This document shows, in pieces, positions 1 to 7,623 of a stretch of DNA of 20,816 nucleotides (position 1 is its first letter; each line of letters opens with the position of its first letter). Under the pieces are notes generated by a model. It ran no database searches. It saw nothing but the letters and a program-made list of their open reading frames with translations, and had not been told where the DNA came from. The DNA lies in IMG/VR virus record IMGVR_UViG_2565956607_000008, positions 1 through 20,816 of that record. The stretch is one strand, 5' to 3'. Source of the DNA: a virus. Lineage: Duplodnaviria > Heunggongvirae > Uroviricota > Caudoviricetes. The position numbers and the translations under genes were made by a program.

Positions 1-387
1 TCACAGGTATTTGGTTTCAATACCCTTGTAAACAGTTCTAAGCGTGTCTTCAGGCACTTTACCCACCAGCCCACGCAACAACGACAACGTTATGTTTACC
101 TTACGCAATGTCTTTACATATCTGGCGTTCGTCCTCCAGATCTTCAATGTTTCGTCTTTATCGCTGTGGTATGCTTCTAAATTGCGTTCTGTGACGTGAT
201 ACGCCTCTGTTTTAAACTGCTCAACAGGAATTCCCCAATCGTTGCGTAACAGCGTTAAAACGCGACTACGTTCGTGATTTCCGGCTTTCCTTAATATGTC
301 GTCAAACTCTTTTGGGGTAAGCTTCCTGCCACTTAGTAGGATATCGCGTATATTCGCGGCGACCTGAGAGCGTGTAAGAGTGCTCAT
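1..387 (-). CDS. Hypothetical protein of the P4/CP4-like island (128 aa)
   Basis: Complete ORF; its start overlaps the stop of the upstream 64-aa gene (ATGA-type overlap at 384..387); same strand as the island integrase. No recognisable motif. Confidence 0.45.
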   Translation of the reverse strand: MSTLTRSQVAANIRDILLSGRKLTPKEFDDILRKAGNHERSRVLTLLRNDWGIPVEQFKTEAYHVTERNLEAYHSDKDETLKIWRTNARYVKTLRKVNITLSLLRGLVGKVPEDTLRTVYKGIETKYL

Positions 388-578
388 TTTCGTCCCCCCA
401 GAAATCTGTCGGCAAATTGATCAAGGCTGGAGGCAAGCCACACCCGGCGCTTGCGTCCATTGATGGTCTGATTTATATAGGGAGGAAAGCTTCGGATATA
501 TCGCTTTAACTGATAGAAGCGTGACAGACAGACGCCAAGATATTCTGCTGCGTCTTTAGCGGTCAGGTAATTAATCAT
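384..578 (-). CDS. Small HTH DNA-binding protein, AlpA/excisionase-like (64 aa)
   Basis: Translation MINYLTAKDAAEYLGV... resembles the N-terminal helix-turn-helix of AlpA/Xis-type phage regulators; sits in a P4-like island. Confidence 0.5.
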   Translation of the reverse strand: MINYLTAKDAAEYLGVCLSRFYQLKRYIRSFPPYINQTINGRKRRVWLASSLDQFADRFLGGRK

Positions 579-659
579 TTTATTCCCTTACTGTTGTACC
601 AAAATGTAATATGGAGGAGACTTCCTGTCTCCCCAAATTACTCTACAATTTTTGTGCGA

Positions 660-851
660 TTAAATCAGATCTATTACTAAGTAATCATCGCCAGAGGCAA
701 TGCCGATAGCTTTTCCACCGCTGGTGGATTTCACATCATAAACCCAGGTGCTGGTGCTCACCTTTTGTGGCTCTGATCTAATCAGTGCCGCGAAGGTTTC
801 AAAATCAACATGGGTTACGTTCAGCTTTTGATTGGTAGGTTTCAACTGCAT
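660..851 (-). CDS. Hypothetical small protein (63 aa)
   Basis: ORF on the island strand between two AlpA-like genes; weak ribosome-binding site; no motif recognised. Confidence 0.35.
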   Translation of the reverse strand: MQLKPTNQKLNVTHVDFETFAALIRSEPQKVSTSTWVYDVKSTSGGKAIGIASGDDYLVIDLI

Positions 852-899
852 TCTTAATACCTAATAACGTATTGTTTGTATCCTGTTTGTTTCTGTTCT

Positions 900-1091
900 T
901 TAGTTACTACGCGATTCGGCTATACGTTGATCGATCCAGTCATCGATCTCGCTTTCAATAAAAGCTATTGCGCGAGCACCAATCTTGACTGATTGGGGGA
1001 ATTGTCCTCGGCTCATCAGAGCATATACCCACGCCTTGCTATAGCCAGTGCGTTTCAAAACCTCAGATAGCCGAATCAGCGACTTTTTCAT
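900..1091 (-). CDS. alpA: AlpA-family prophage transcriptional regulator (63 aa)
   Basis: Translation MKKSLIRLSEVLKRTGYSKAWVYALMSRGQFPQSVKIGARAIAFIESEIDDWI is the typical AlpA (CP4-57 regulatory protein) HTH pattern; typical position near a P4-type integrase. Confidence 0.7.
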   Translation of the reverse strand: MKKSLIRLSEVLKRTGYSKAWVYALMSRGQFPQSVKIGARAIAFIESEIDDWIDQRIAESRSN

Positions 1092-1247
1092 ATCTACCTC
1101 GTAATACGTTGCTTGACTATGTGAGATAGTAAATCATTGTTTTTTTAAGTTTTCTGTGAATTTGGAGAAAAAATTTTTGGGAATAGAATTACCCCAAATT
1201 GGGCGTTATTTTTTAGTTCTAACGCACAATTTGGGAACATCCTTCCT

Positions 1248-2003
1248 TTATTTTGGACGCTTTTTGGTTGCTTTTTTCTTAAATTTGGGGGCGTACTTAT
1301 CCAAAGCGTTCGTTAGCAATCTCCGAAATGTATCTGGGTGGGTATCGCTGTCTTCATCGTTCCCGAATATTATGTTGTTTTCTATTACTTGGGCACTAAC
1401 CCTATTGATACTAAGGTTTCCTCCACTATGGAAATCTTTGCTTGATTCAAATAAGGCAATCGCCATTCCGGCGATCATCTTTAAAGCCGTATCTTTTCCT
1501 CTCCAGTTTTGTTCTCTTTCTACTTTTTTTGACAGTGCTCCAATTTCTGGTTCGTTATCTGGAACATTCATATCCAGTTCTGGGAAGAAGTTCACAACCT
1601 CGGAGCGCTTGAAATAAAACGAATCGTAAGACCCATACCAATCATCCTCATCATCGTGATATAAAAAGTCTTCCCCTTTCCTAACGTTGAAAGTCCCTTC
1701 TTCCCCCGGTATCGGGCTCTCCCTGTATTCATGCCCCATAGCCAGAAGACCTAAAAACTCCACACACTGCTTTTCAAAGTCGTCATTAGTTGTAAAACCT
1801 GATACCCAATCGAACTGATAAAAGCCCAGCCCCCCTAAAGTATCTGGTTTAGCTTTGCTCAATCTGTAGTTACTTAAGATAGCGGCAGCGATCATTCTTT
1901 CATTTTCATTGTTTAGTCTTGCCAGTTCGCTGATCAGATTACCAAACCAGATTTTATCTTCTGACTCGTTATAAAACGCATCTAGTCCTGTCATCTTAGT
2001 CAC
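1248..2003 (-). CDS. Hypothetical cargo protein of unknown function (251 aa), translationally coupled to the integrase
   Basis: Start overlaps the integrase stop by 8 nt (1996..2003); acidic central region; no motif recognised. The antisense ORF 1156..1617 is judged spurious. Confidence 0.55.
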   Translation of the reverse strand: MTKMTGLDAFYNESEDKIWFGNLISELARLNNENERMIAAAILSNYRLSKAKPDTLGGLGFYQFDWVSGFTTNDDFEKQCVEFLGLLAMGHEYRESPIPGEEGTFNVRKGEDFLYHDDEDDWYGSYDSFYFKRSEVVNFFPELDMNVPDNEPEIGALSKKVEREQNWRGKDTALKMIAGMAIALFESSKDFHSGGNLSINRVSAQVIENNIIFGNDEDSDTHPDTFRRLLTNALDKYAPKFKKKATKKRPK

Positions 2004-3282
2004 GGCGTGTTCTCCTTCCGAACTCGTAAGGGCTTATATGTATTTCTCGATTGGCGTCCAGATAATCTGCCCACCATTGAAGCATTAGTTTGCGCTCTTC
2101 TAAGTAATCAGCCTTGTGCTTGTAGGCTCTTTTAACGTCTTTATATTCTTTGTGGCTCATCTGGCGCTCTACTGCGTCCTCCTGCCACAAACCGGACTCC
2201 ATCAGGGAACTACAGGCTGTGGCACGGAATCCATGTCCAGTTACGTCCTCTTGCGTGTTATAGCCCATTAAGCGTAATGCCTTGTTTACCGTGTTTTCAC
2301 TCATCACGCCTTTGGTGTTTCTTTCATTCGGAAACACAACATCGTAGCTTCCGCTTAGTTCTCTCAACTGCTTTACAATAGAAACAGCCTGACGGCTAAG
2401 AAGCACGATATGTTCGTCTTTTCCCGTTTTTGTGCCACGGGTGGAAAACCTCACACCATCGATAGGCTCTCTTTTTTTAGGGATAATCCACTCAGCCCGA
2501 TCAAGGTCAAACTCTTTCCAACGGGCAAACCTTAACTCGCTTGAACGAACAAATGTCAACATGGTTAGCTCAATGGCAAGGCGGGTAAGAGGATTACCTT
2601 TAAAGCTGCCCAATCGAGTGAAAAAGTCTGGTAAATCTCTGGGATGTAGTGCGGCATGATGCTTAGTTTCATATTGCATTAACCGGACATCGAGATCATT
2701 CGTGATGATTTCTGTCTTAATGCCGCTCAGACGGGCGCTATGTATGATGTCCTTAACTCGTTGTTTAAGTCGGTTGGCTGTATCGTGTTTCCCGGCGTCA
2801 TCTACCTTCTTAAACAAAGGTAAAATTGTCATCGCCTCCAGTTTGCGAATATCCGAAGTGCCAATGTGAGGGAAAATATACATTTCAAGGCTTCTAAGTA
2901 CGCGTTTTCGTTGGTCTTCGTTCCACATCTGGTGGCTTTCAACCCATTGACGTCCTATTGTCTCAAAAGTGAATGCGCCTTTTTCTTCTGCTTTTGCTGC
3001 TCTTTGCTCTGCTTTGGGATCTATCCCCTTGACTAACAACTTTTTGGCGTTGTCTCGTTTTTCTCTGGCGTCTTGTAAGCTAATGGTTGGATATACACCA
3101 AAAGCAAGTCTGTCTTCTTTCTTATCTGATGGGCGGCGATACTTCATTCGCCAATACTTCGACCCGGTCTGGGATACTTCAAGATAAAGACCACCACCAT
3201 CAGACAATTTATAAGTTTTGTCTCGTGGCTTAGCTGCTTTGCACTGACGGTCTGTTAATTTGTTGAGGGTATTTCTGGACAT
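1996..3282 (-). CDS. int: Tyrosine site-specific integrase, P4/CP4-57 type (428 aa)
   Basis: N-terminal DUF4102-like arm-binding pattern (LTDRQCKAAKP...DGGGLYLEV...YWRMKYR), C-terminal catalytic region with HGFRAT and later Y; lies 165 bp from the 3' end of the tRNA on the same strand. Confidence 0.9.
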   Translation of the reverse strand: MSRNTLNKLTDRQCKAAKPRDKTYKLSDGGGLYLEVSQTGSKYWRMKYRRPSDKKEDRLAFGVYPTISLQDAREKRDNAKKLLVKGIDPKAEQRAAKAEEKGAFTFETIGRQWVESHQMWNEDQRKRVLRSLEMYIFPHIGTSDIRKLEAMTILPLFKKVDDAGKHDTANRLKQRVKDIIHSARLSGIKTEIITNDLDVRLMQYETKHHAALHPRDLPDFFTRLGSFKGNPLTRLAIELTMLTFVRSSELRFARWKEFDLDRAEWIIPKKREPIDGVRFSTRGTKTGKDEHIVLLSRQAVSIVKQLRELSGSYDVVFPNERNTKGVMSENTVNKALRLMGYNTQEDVTGHGFRATACSSLMESGLWQEDAVERQMSHKEYKDVKRAYKHKADYLEERKLMLQWWADYLDANREIHISPYEFGRRTRRD

Positions 3283-3446
3283 GTTGGGGGCACATATACA
3301 ATCGAACCAGCAATGCCCCTAATTATGCCCCATAGATTTACTTGATTTCAATAGACGGAAATGGACGTCATGAGAATAAAATCTCTTTATTTTTATATGT
3401 TTACATGGGATTTATAGACAATGGTAGACGTTGGTGTACAGCGGGA

Positions 3447-3521
3447 TGGTGTCCCCTGCAGGAATCGAACCTGCAATTAGCCCTTAGGAGGGGCTCGTTA
3501 TATCCATTTAACTAAGGGGAC
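3447..3521 (-). tRNA. argW: tRNA-Arg (anticodon CCU)
   Basis: Reverse complement folds by hand into a 75-nt cloverleaf: 7-bp acceptor stem GTCCCCT/AGGGGAC, D-arm GTTA/TAAC, anticodon stem AGCCC/GGGCT with loop CTCCTAA (anticodon CCT), T-arm GCAGG-TTCGATT-CCTGC, discriminator A, CCA end. Confidence 0.9.
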
Positions 3522-3716
3522 ATAGAACTCACTGATTTTTAAGCGTTCAGCTTGTGTTGCATGTTATCCTATCATTCCCCGTACCATCAAGCATTTCATT
3601 CCTTTTATTTCCTTTCCGTTCGCATCAATTCGCTTAGAAAATCACTTCGTTCACTTGCCATTGCGTACACATTGAGTACAGAATGCAGAATTTCAGTGTG
3701 TACAGGATACAGAGCC

Positions 3717-4892
3717 GTGGCCCTTAGTGATACCAAACTCCGTAGCATCAATGCTAAGCCATACAGCGGCGCAGCTGAGGTCACAGATGGTGACGGGCTA
3801 AGTGTACGCATAACTCCCACAGGCACGATCACATTCCAGTTTCGTTATCGCTGGAACGGTAAGCCCGTTCGTCTCTCCATTGGCCGCTATCCCGCTATGT
3901 CTCTCAAGGAGGCGCGCGTAGTCGTCGGTGAGATGCGCGAATTGTACCTCAAGGGACTAAACCCGAAAAATTATTTTGCCAAAGAAGATGGCGAGTTGAC
4001 TCTCAAAGAGTGCCTGGATCAGTGGTGGGGTAAGTATGTTGAAACGCTGAAGCCGAACACTCAGACGCTGTACAAGTCCGTTGTGTACAACACGATGTAC
4101 ACAGAATTCCCGGACGCTCCGGTAGTTAACATTCCTATTTCTGCATGGGTGCGTTTCTTTGATAAGCAGGAAAAGAAGAACAGCAAAAAGGCCAGAGTGC
4201 TTCTTCTACAGCTACGTTCTGTAATGAACTGGTGTATCAGCCGCCAGTTGATCCCATCGTGCGAGGTCCTGAAGCTTAGCGTTAAGAGCATTGGGAAAAA
4301 ACCTGATGTGGGTAGCCGAGTTCTCACATATACCGAGTTGGCAAAAATCTGGCTGGCGCTGGAGAATAACAAGATCGTGACTTCCAACAAGGTGCTTCAT
4401 CAGCTGCTTTTGCTTTGGGGAGCCAGGCTATCAGAGCTGCGTCTGGCTACCGCCAGTGAATTTAACATGGATGATCTTATCTGGACGACGCCAGGAGAGC
4501 ATTCCAAGATGGGTAACGTTATCCGTCGCCCGGTGTTTGGCCAGGTGAAACCTTTTGTTGAAAGGCTCCTCAATGCTGGAAATGATGTTCTGTTTCCCGG
4601 CCAGGAACTGGACAAGCCAATAGATCGCTCATCAGCTAATCTCTATATGAAAAAGTTAAGGAATAAAATTGATATCCCAGAATGGCGAACACATGACTTC
4701 AGGCGCTCGCTGGTGACAAATTTATCAGGTGAAGGGGTTATGCCCCACGTCACCGAAAAGATGTTGGGGCATGAGTTGGGAGGAGTGATGGCGGTGTATA
4801 ACAAGCACGATTGGCTGGTAGAACAGAAAGAAGCATATGAGCTATATGCAGATAAAATTTTTTGGCATGTCAAGAAAATAAATGACCAATAA
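3717..4892 (+). CDS. int: Tyrosine integrase of the lambdoid prophage (about 391 aa; GTG start proposed)
   Basis: The ORF track gives 3552..4892, but the conserved integrase N-terminus (ALSDTKLRSINAKP...DGDGLSVRI...FQFRYRWNGK) begins at an in-frame GTG at 3717 preceded by AGGA; C-terminal catalytic region has HDFRRS. Start choice is uncertain. Confidence 0.8.
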   Translation: MALSDTKLRSINAKPYSGAAEVTDGDGLSVRITPTGTITFQFRYRWNGKPVRLSIGRYPAMSLKEARVVVGEMRELYLKGLNPKNYFAKEDGELTLKECLDQWWGKYVETLKPNTQTLYKSVVYNTMYTEFPDAPVVNIPISAWVRFFDKQEKKNSKKARVLLLQLRSVMNWCISRQLIPSCEVLKLSVKSIGKKPDVGSRVLTYTELAKIWLALENNKIVTSNKVLHQLLLLWGARLSELRLATASEFNMDDLIWTTPGEHSKMGNVIRRPVFGQVKPFVERLLNAGNDVLFPGQELDKPIDRSSANLYMKKLRNKIDIPEWRTHDFRRSLVTNLSGEGVMPHVTEKMLGHELGGVMAVYNKHDWLVEQKEAYELYADKIFWHVKKINDQ

Positions 4893-4928
4893 CTTTAGAC
4901 GTAAGTATTGAATTCTCTGGGGTATGAA

Positions 4929-6245
4929 ATGGAAATGATATTTAATGAAGATAAAGATATTGAAAATGCATTGCAGTGGCTATCTAAAACTCTACCAGAA
5001 CCTAATTCATTGTTTGATAGAATGTGTCTGGCACAAGAGAGTTATATTAAAGAATCGGCCTTGAAGGTTAATATTGGAAAGGAATCGAAAATAGAATGGC
5101 ATGGATGTGATGTTGTCGCAGGTTTTTTCTCTCAAGCTAAATCCTATCTTGATAATCGACGTTCTTATGATATTTCAGCTGCATCTAAAATACTTCCTTG
5201 GGTGAAACAACTTGGTGTTAATGTTGAATATCTTAACAATATTCCAGGTGCGGTAGAACGTGCTAAAAGGATGTTGGAAAGTTATACCGTTTATCCGGAT
5301 AATGCATTGTTTGAATTAATATTAGCAGGAAATTATGCGGCTAAAGGTTTCGATGTTGAGTTTATACCTGAGCAGAAAGGAATAGCTAAAACTCCTGAGT
5401 TTAAATGTAGCTTTGATGGTAAGGCTCTTTTTGTTGTTGAATGCAAAAGATTAAAAAAGGGGCAATACGCCCAACAAGAGGAGTCGGCTCATTCAACAAG
5501 AGCTTCTTTTATTGAATCTCGTGTACATCTGAAAAGAATGAGTGTCTGGATGGATGTCACATATAAATGTGAAGTAAATGAAACACCGGACGATTATCTT
5601 TTAAAACATTTATGTAATTATTATGGGAAAGAATATTCCTGGAGTGATGACTACGGTAGTGGTTTTATAAAGCCTGCAAATTTGCGTAGGGTGAATGATG
5701 ATATTAAATTGAACGGTTCTCTATCATTACACACCAAATTGGCAAGACTAATTAAAACATCTCCACTCGATGGTGAGTTTTACAATGTTTATGCGTTTGG
5801 TCGACCAGATGAACGAGATCCACGTTTTTTCTCTAAAATTAATTATGCAACATTACTGACATGGCGAAATGTAAGCGAGGTGTCATTAGAAAACAGGTCC
5901 AGGCATATCACTAAACATTTAAAAGAAATTGAAGATCAAATATCAAATAATGGACTTGGTGTAGGGCATTTAGTTATTGATGCTGACGTACAAAAAGATG
6001 TCGCTGATAAACGGAGGGAAAAAAATATTGAGGCTGCACTTTCTTTCCGGATAAAGTCCAAGCTTGTTCGGTTAAATATTCATTATCTTGTTCCTCGTGT
6101 TGATGAAGATAATTCGTGGCTGGTGGACGAAACTCTTGAATTTTTCAGCGGTGACGAGTTGATTAGTCATTTGTTTCCTGAGGTGAAATTATTTTCAGGG
6201 ATGGAACTTTTTGAAAATGATTTGCCTGCATGGCATCAGAAATGA
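4929..6245 (+). CDS. AT-rich cargo protein with a PD-(D/E)xK nuclease-like motif (about 438 aa)
   Basis: ATG at 4929 preceded by GGGG (ORF track uses TTG at 4908). Residues GFDVEF...x...FVVECKRL give a D...ExK pattern. Immediately downstream of the integrase and followed by an intrinsic terminator. Confidence 0.6.
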   Translation: MEMIFNEDKDIENALQWLSKTLPEPNSLFDRMCLAQESYIKESALKVNIGKESKIEWHGCDVVAGFFSQAKSYLDNRRSYDISAASKILPWVKQLGVNVEYLNNIPGAVERAKRMLESYTVYPDNALFELILAGNYAAKGFDVEFIPEQKGIAKTPEFKCSFDGKALFVVECKRLKKGQYAQQEESAHSTRASFIESRVHLKRMSVWMDVTYKCEVNETPDDYLLKHLCNYYGKEYSWSDDYGSGFIKPANLRRVNDDIKLNGSLSLHTKLARLIKTSPLDGEFYNVYAFGRPDERDPRFFSKINYATLLTWRNVSEVSLENRSRHITKHLKEIEDQISNNGLGVGHLVIDADVQKDVADKRREKNIEAALSFRIKSKLVRLNIHYLVPRVDEDNSWLVDETLEFFSGDELISHLFPEVKLFSGMELFENDLPAWHQK

Positions 6246-6252
6246 TTTTTAT

Positions 6253-6280
6253 GCCACCCAGGATAGGGTGGCTTTTTATT
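6253..6280 (+). terminator. Intrinsic terminator after the int-cargo unit
   Basis: Hairpin GCCACCC-AGGATA-GGGTGGC followed by TTTTTATT, directly after the stop at 6243..6245. Confidence 0.6.
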
Positions 6281-6469
6281 CTAACTATGGCTACCACTAA
6301 TCCCACCATTTTCAATCCATTGAAACACAGCTTTTCTGCTATATCGCGTAGGATAAGTGAGAACTGGATTTGGGAAATTATGATCTTTACGTAAACGCCA
6401 TACTGCTGTTTTTTTCTTGCCCAGTAATTCGAATACTTCTTTCTCTTCCATAAAATCTGTAGAAGTCAT
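6281..6469 (-). CDS. xis: Excisionase-like HTH protein (about 62 aa)
   Basis: Internal ATG at 6467..6469 with GAGGTG ribosome-binding site; translation MTSTDFMEEKEVFELLGKKKTAVWRLRKDHNFPNPV... is an AlpA/Xis-type HTH; located beside int. ORF-track start at 6544 would overlap the next gene. Confidence 0.6.
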   Translation of the reverse strand: MTSTDFMEEKEVFELLGKKKTAVWRLRKDHNFPNPVLTYPTRYSRKAVFQWIENGGISGSHS

Positions 6470-6476
6470 AAGCACC

Positions 6477-6998
6477 TCATTCAAAATTACCGTTAAAAAT
6501 ACACGTTCCACACCCACCGCGAGCCCCTTCAGTACAAACATCACAGCGATCTACTTTTTTACGAGGTCGTTCTTTGATGTGCAGCCTTGGTTCCCCGTCT
6601 TTTGGTTCCGGCCATGAGCGCTGCTTGTTCACCGCCAGCTTTTCGATCATCGCCTGGGTAATCTGCTCATCTGCAATACCGGAACGGTGCTGAGCGTCCC
6701 ACAACAGGAACTGCATATCCGCCCACTCTGAAAGGTCGTCTGGTGCCGCTGCGGCCTCCAGCGCTTCTTTGCTGAGGTGCTTCAGCGGGCCAACCGGGCC
6801 GACATTGCCGAAAGTTGCCTGTGACCACTCGGCGTGCTCGTTGCGTACCTGTTCTCTGTCCATTGCGTCCAGTGCTATGCGGGCCAGCGCTTCAGCTTCT
6901 TCTGCTGGCAGCATTACGTTGCTTCCAGCTCCATAGGTTCCACGCCATGATTTAATTTTTTCCAGGCGCTCTCTCGCCAGTTTGGTTATATCAGTCAT
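6477..6998 (-). CDS. MazG-like nucleotide pyrophosphohydrolase domain protein (DUF550-like) with C-terminal Cys cluster (about 173 aa)
   Basis: Start ATG 6996..6998 overlaps the upstream stop (ATGACTGA); EWADMQFLLWDA resembles the MazG-type E-x-x-D helix; C-terminal CDVC...CGTC. The longer ORF-track N-terminus overlaps a convincing neighbouring gene. Confidence 0.55.
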   Translation of the reverse strand: MTDITKLARERLEKIKSWRGTYGAGSNVMLPAEEAEALARIALDAMDREQVRNEHAEWSQATFGNVGPVGPLKHLSKEALEAAAAPDDLSEWADMQFLLWDAQHRSGIADEQITQAMIEKLAVNKQRSWPEPKDGEPRLHIKERPRKKVDRCDVCTEGARGGCGTCIFNGNFE

Positions 6999-7191
6999 CG
7001 GAGTTATCCTCGCAGCAGTAGTGAGCGCCGTCCGGGTCAGTACTTTTGAAACCGCAGATATCACACTCAATTTCGTCATGGGCTTCTTCATCGCATTCGT
7101 GACTTTCCGGATCGTCGGCTTTGTAATAACCGCCGCACAAATTGCAGCGGACTTCTGCCACATCGTCATAGTTAGTAGTCCCGGTTATCAT
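6991..7191 (-). CDS. Small highly acidic cysteine-rich protein (66 aa), zinc-ribbon-like
   Basis: Translation rich in D/E with CxxC...C...CxxC...CC; ATGA overlap with the upstream gene at 7188..7191. Confidence 0.55.
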   Translation of the reverse strand: MITGTTNYDDVAEVRCNLCGGYYKADDPESHECDEEAHDEIECDICGFKSTDPDGAHYCCEDNSDD

Positions 7192-7427
7192 TTGTCAGCC
7201 CCCTCATGTAGCTGCTCTGCGATGCACGAAAAAAAAGACTCCCGCGTATGACTTTTAAGAGCTGATGCAAACGCCGCGTTAAGAACGGCAGCATCACAGC
7301 CGTCATCGATATAGAGTGCGATTTTTTTCTCCAGGCGCGCTTTGGCTTCCTGCAGCTGCATACCCCGGCAGGCGCGCGGGATATATTCCGCAATCTGTGA
7401 AATAGCCTTTTCGTTCTGTTTAAACAT
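7188..7427 (-). CDS. Hypothetical early-operon protein (79 aa)
   Basis: ATG 7425..7427 with GAGGTGA ribosome-binding site; overlaps neighbouring genes at both ends. Confidence 0.5.
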   Translation of the reverse strand: MFKQNEKAISQIAEYIPRACRGMQLQEAKARLEKKIALYIDDGCDAAVLNAAFASALKSHTRESFFSCIAEQLHEGADK

Positions 7428-7623
7428 GCTTCACCTCGATAGGCTTGATGGTGTCGAGCAGCAGTCGGCGGCGCGTATTTTCTGCAAAGTGACGGCGCCC
7501 GGTTTCTTTGTGGTAAAACTCGTTTTTGCCGACGACCCACATCCGCTCTGTCTGGTGCAGTTTTTTTACCTTCGGACCGTCTTTGGTGATAACGGTGCCG
7601 GTATGGGTTTTTACGATTGTCAT
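7420..7623 (-). CDS. Hypothetical early-operon protein (about 67 aa)
   Basis: Internal ATG 7621..7623 preceded by GGGGAGG; ATGA overlap with the stop of the ParB-like gene. Confidence 0.5.
   Translation of the reverse strand: MTIVKTHTGTVITKDGPKVKKLHQTERMWVVGKNEFYHKETGRRHFAENTRRRLLLDTIKPIEVKHV

Noticed and set aside
1156-1617. Plus-strand 153-aa ORF
   Set aside because: Entirely antisense to the better-supported 251-aa gene and intergenic repeat region; translation is Phe/Leu/Ser-rich low-complexity text typical of AT-rich antisense frames.
3552-3716. Long N-terminal extension of the prophage integrase in the ORF track
   Set aside because: The extension (MCCMLSYHSPYHQAF...) lacks integrase-like sequence and would start 30 bp from the tRNA; the conserved integrase N-terminus begins at the in-frame GTG at 3717 with an AGGA upstream.
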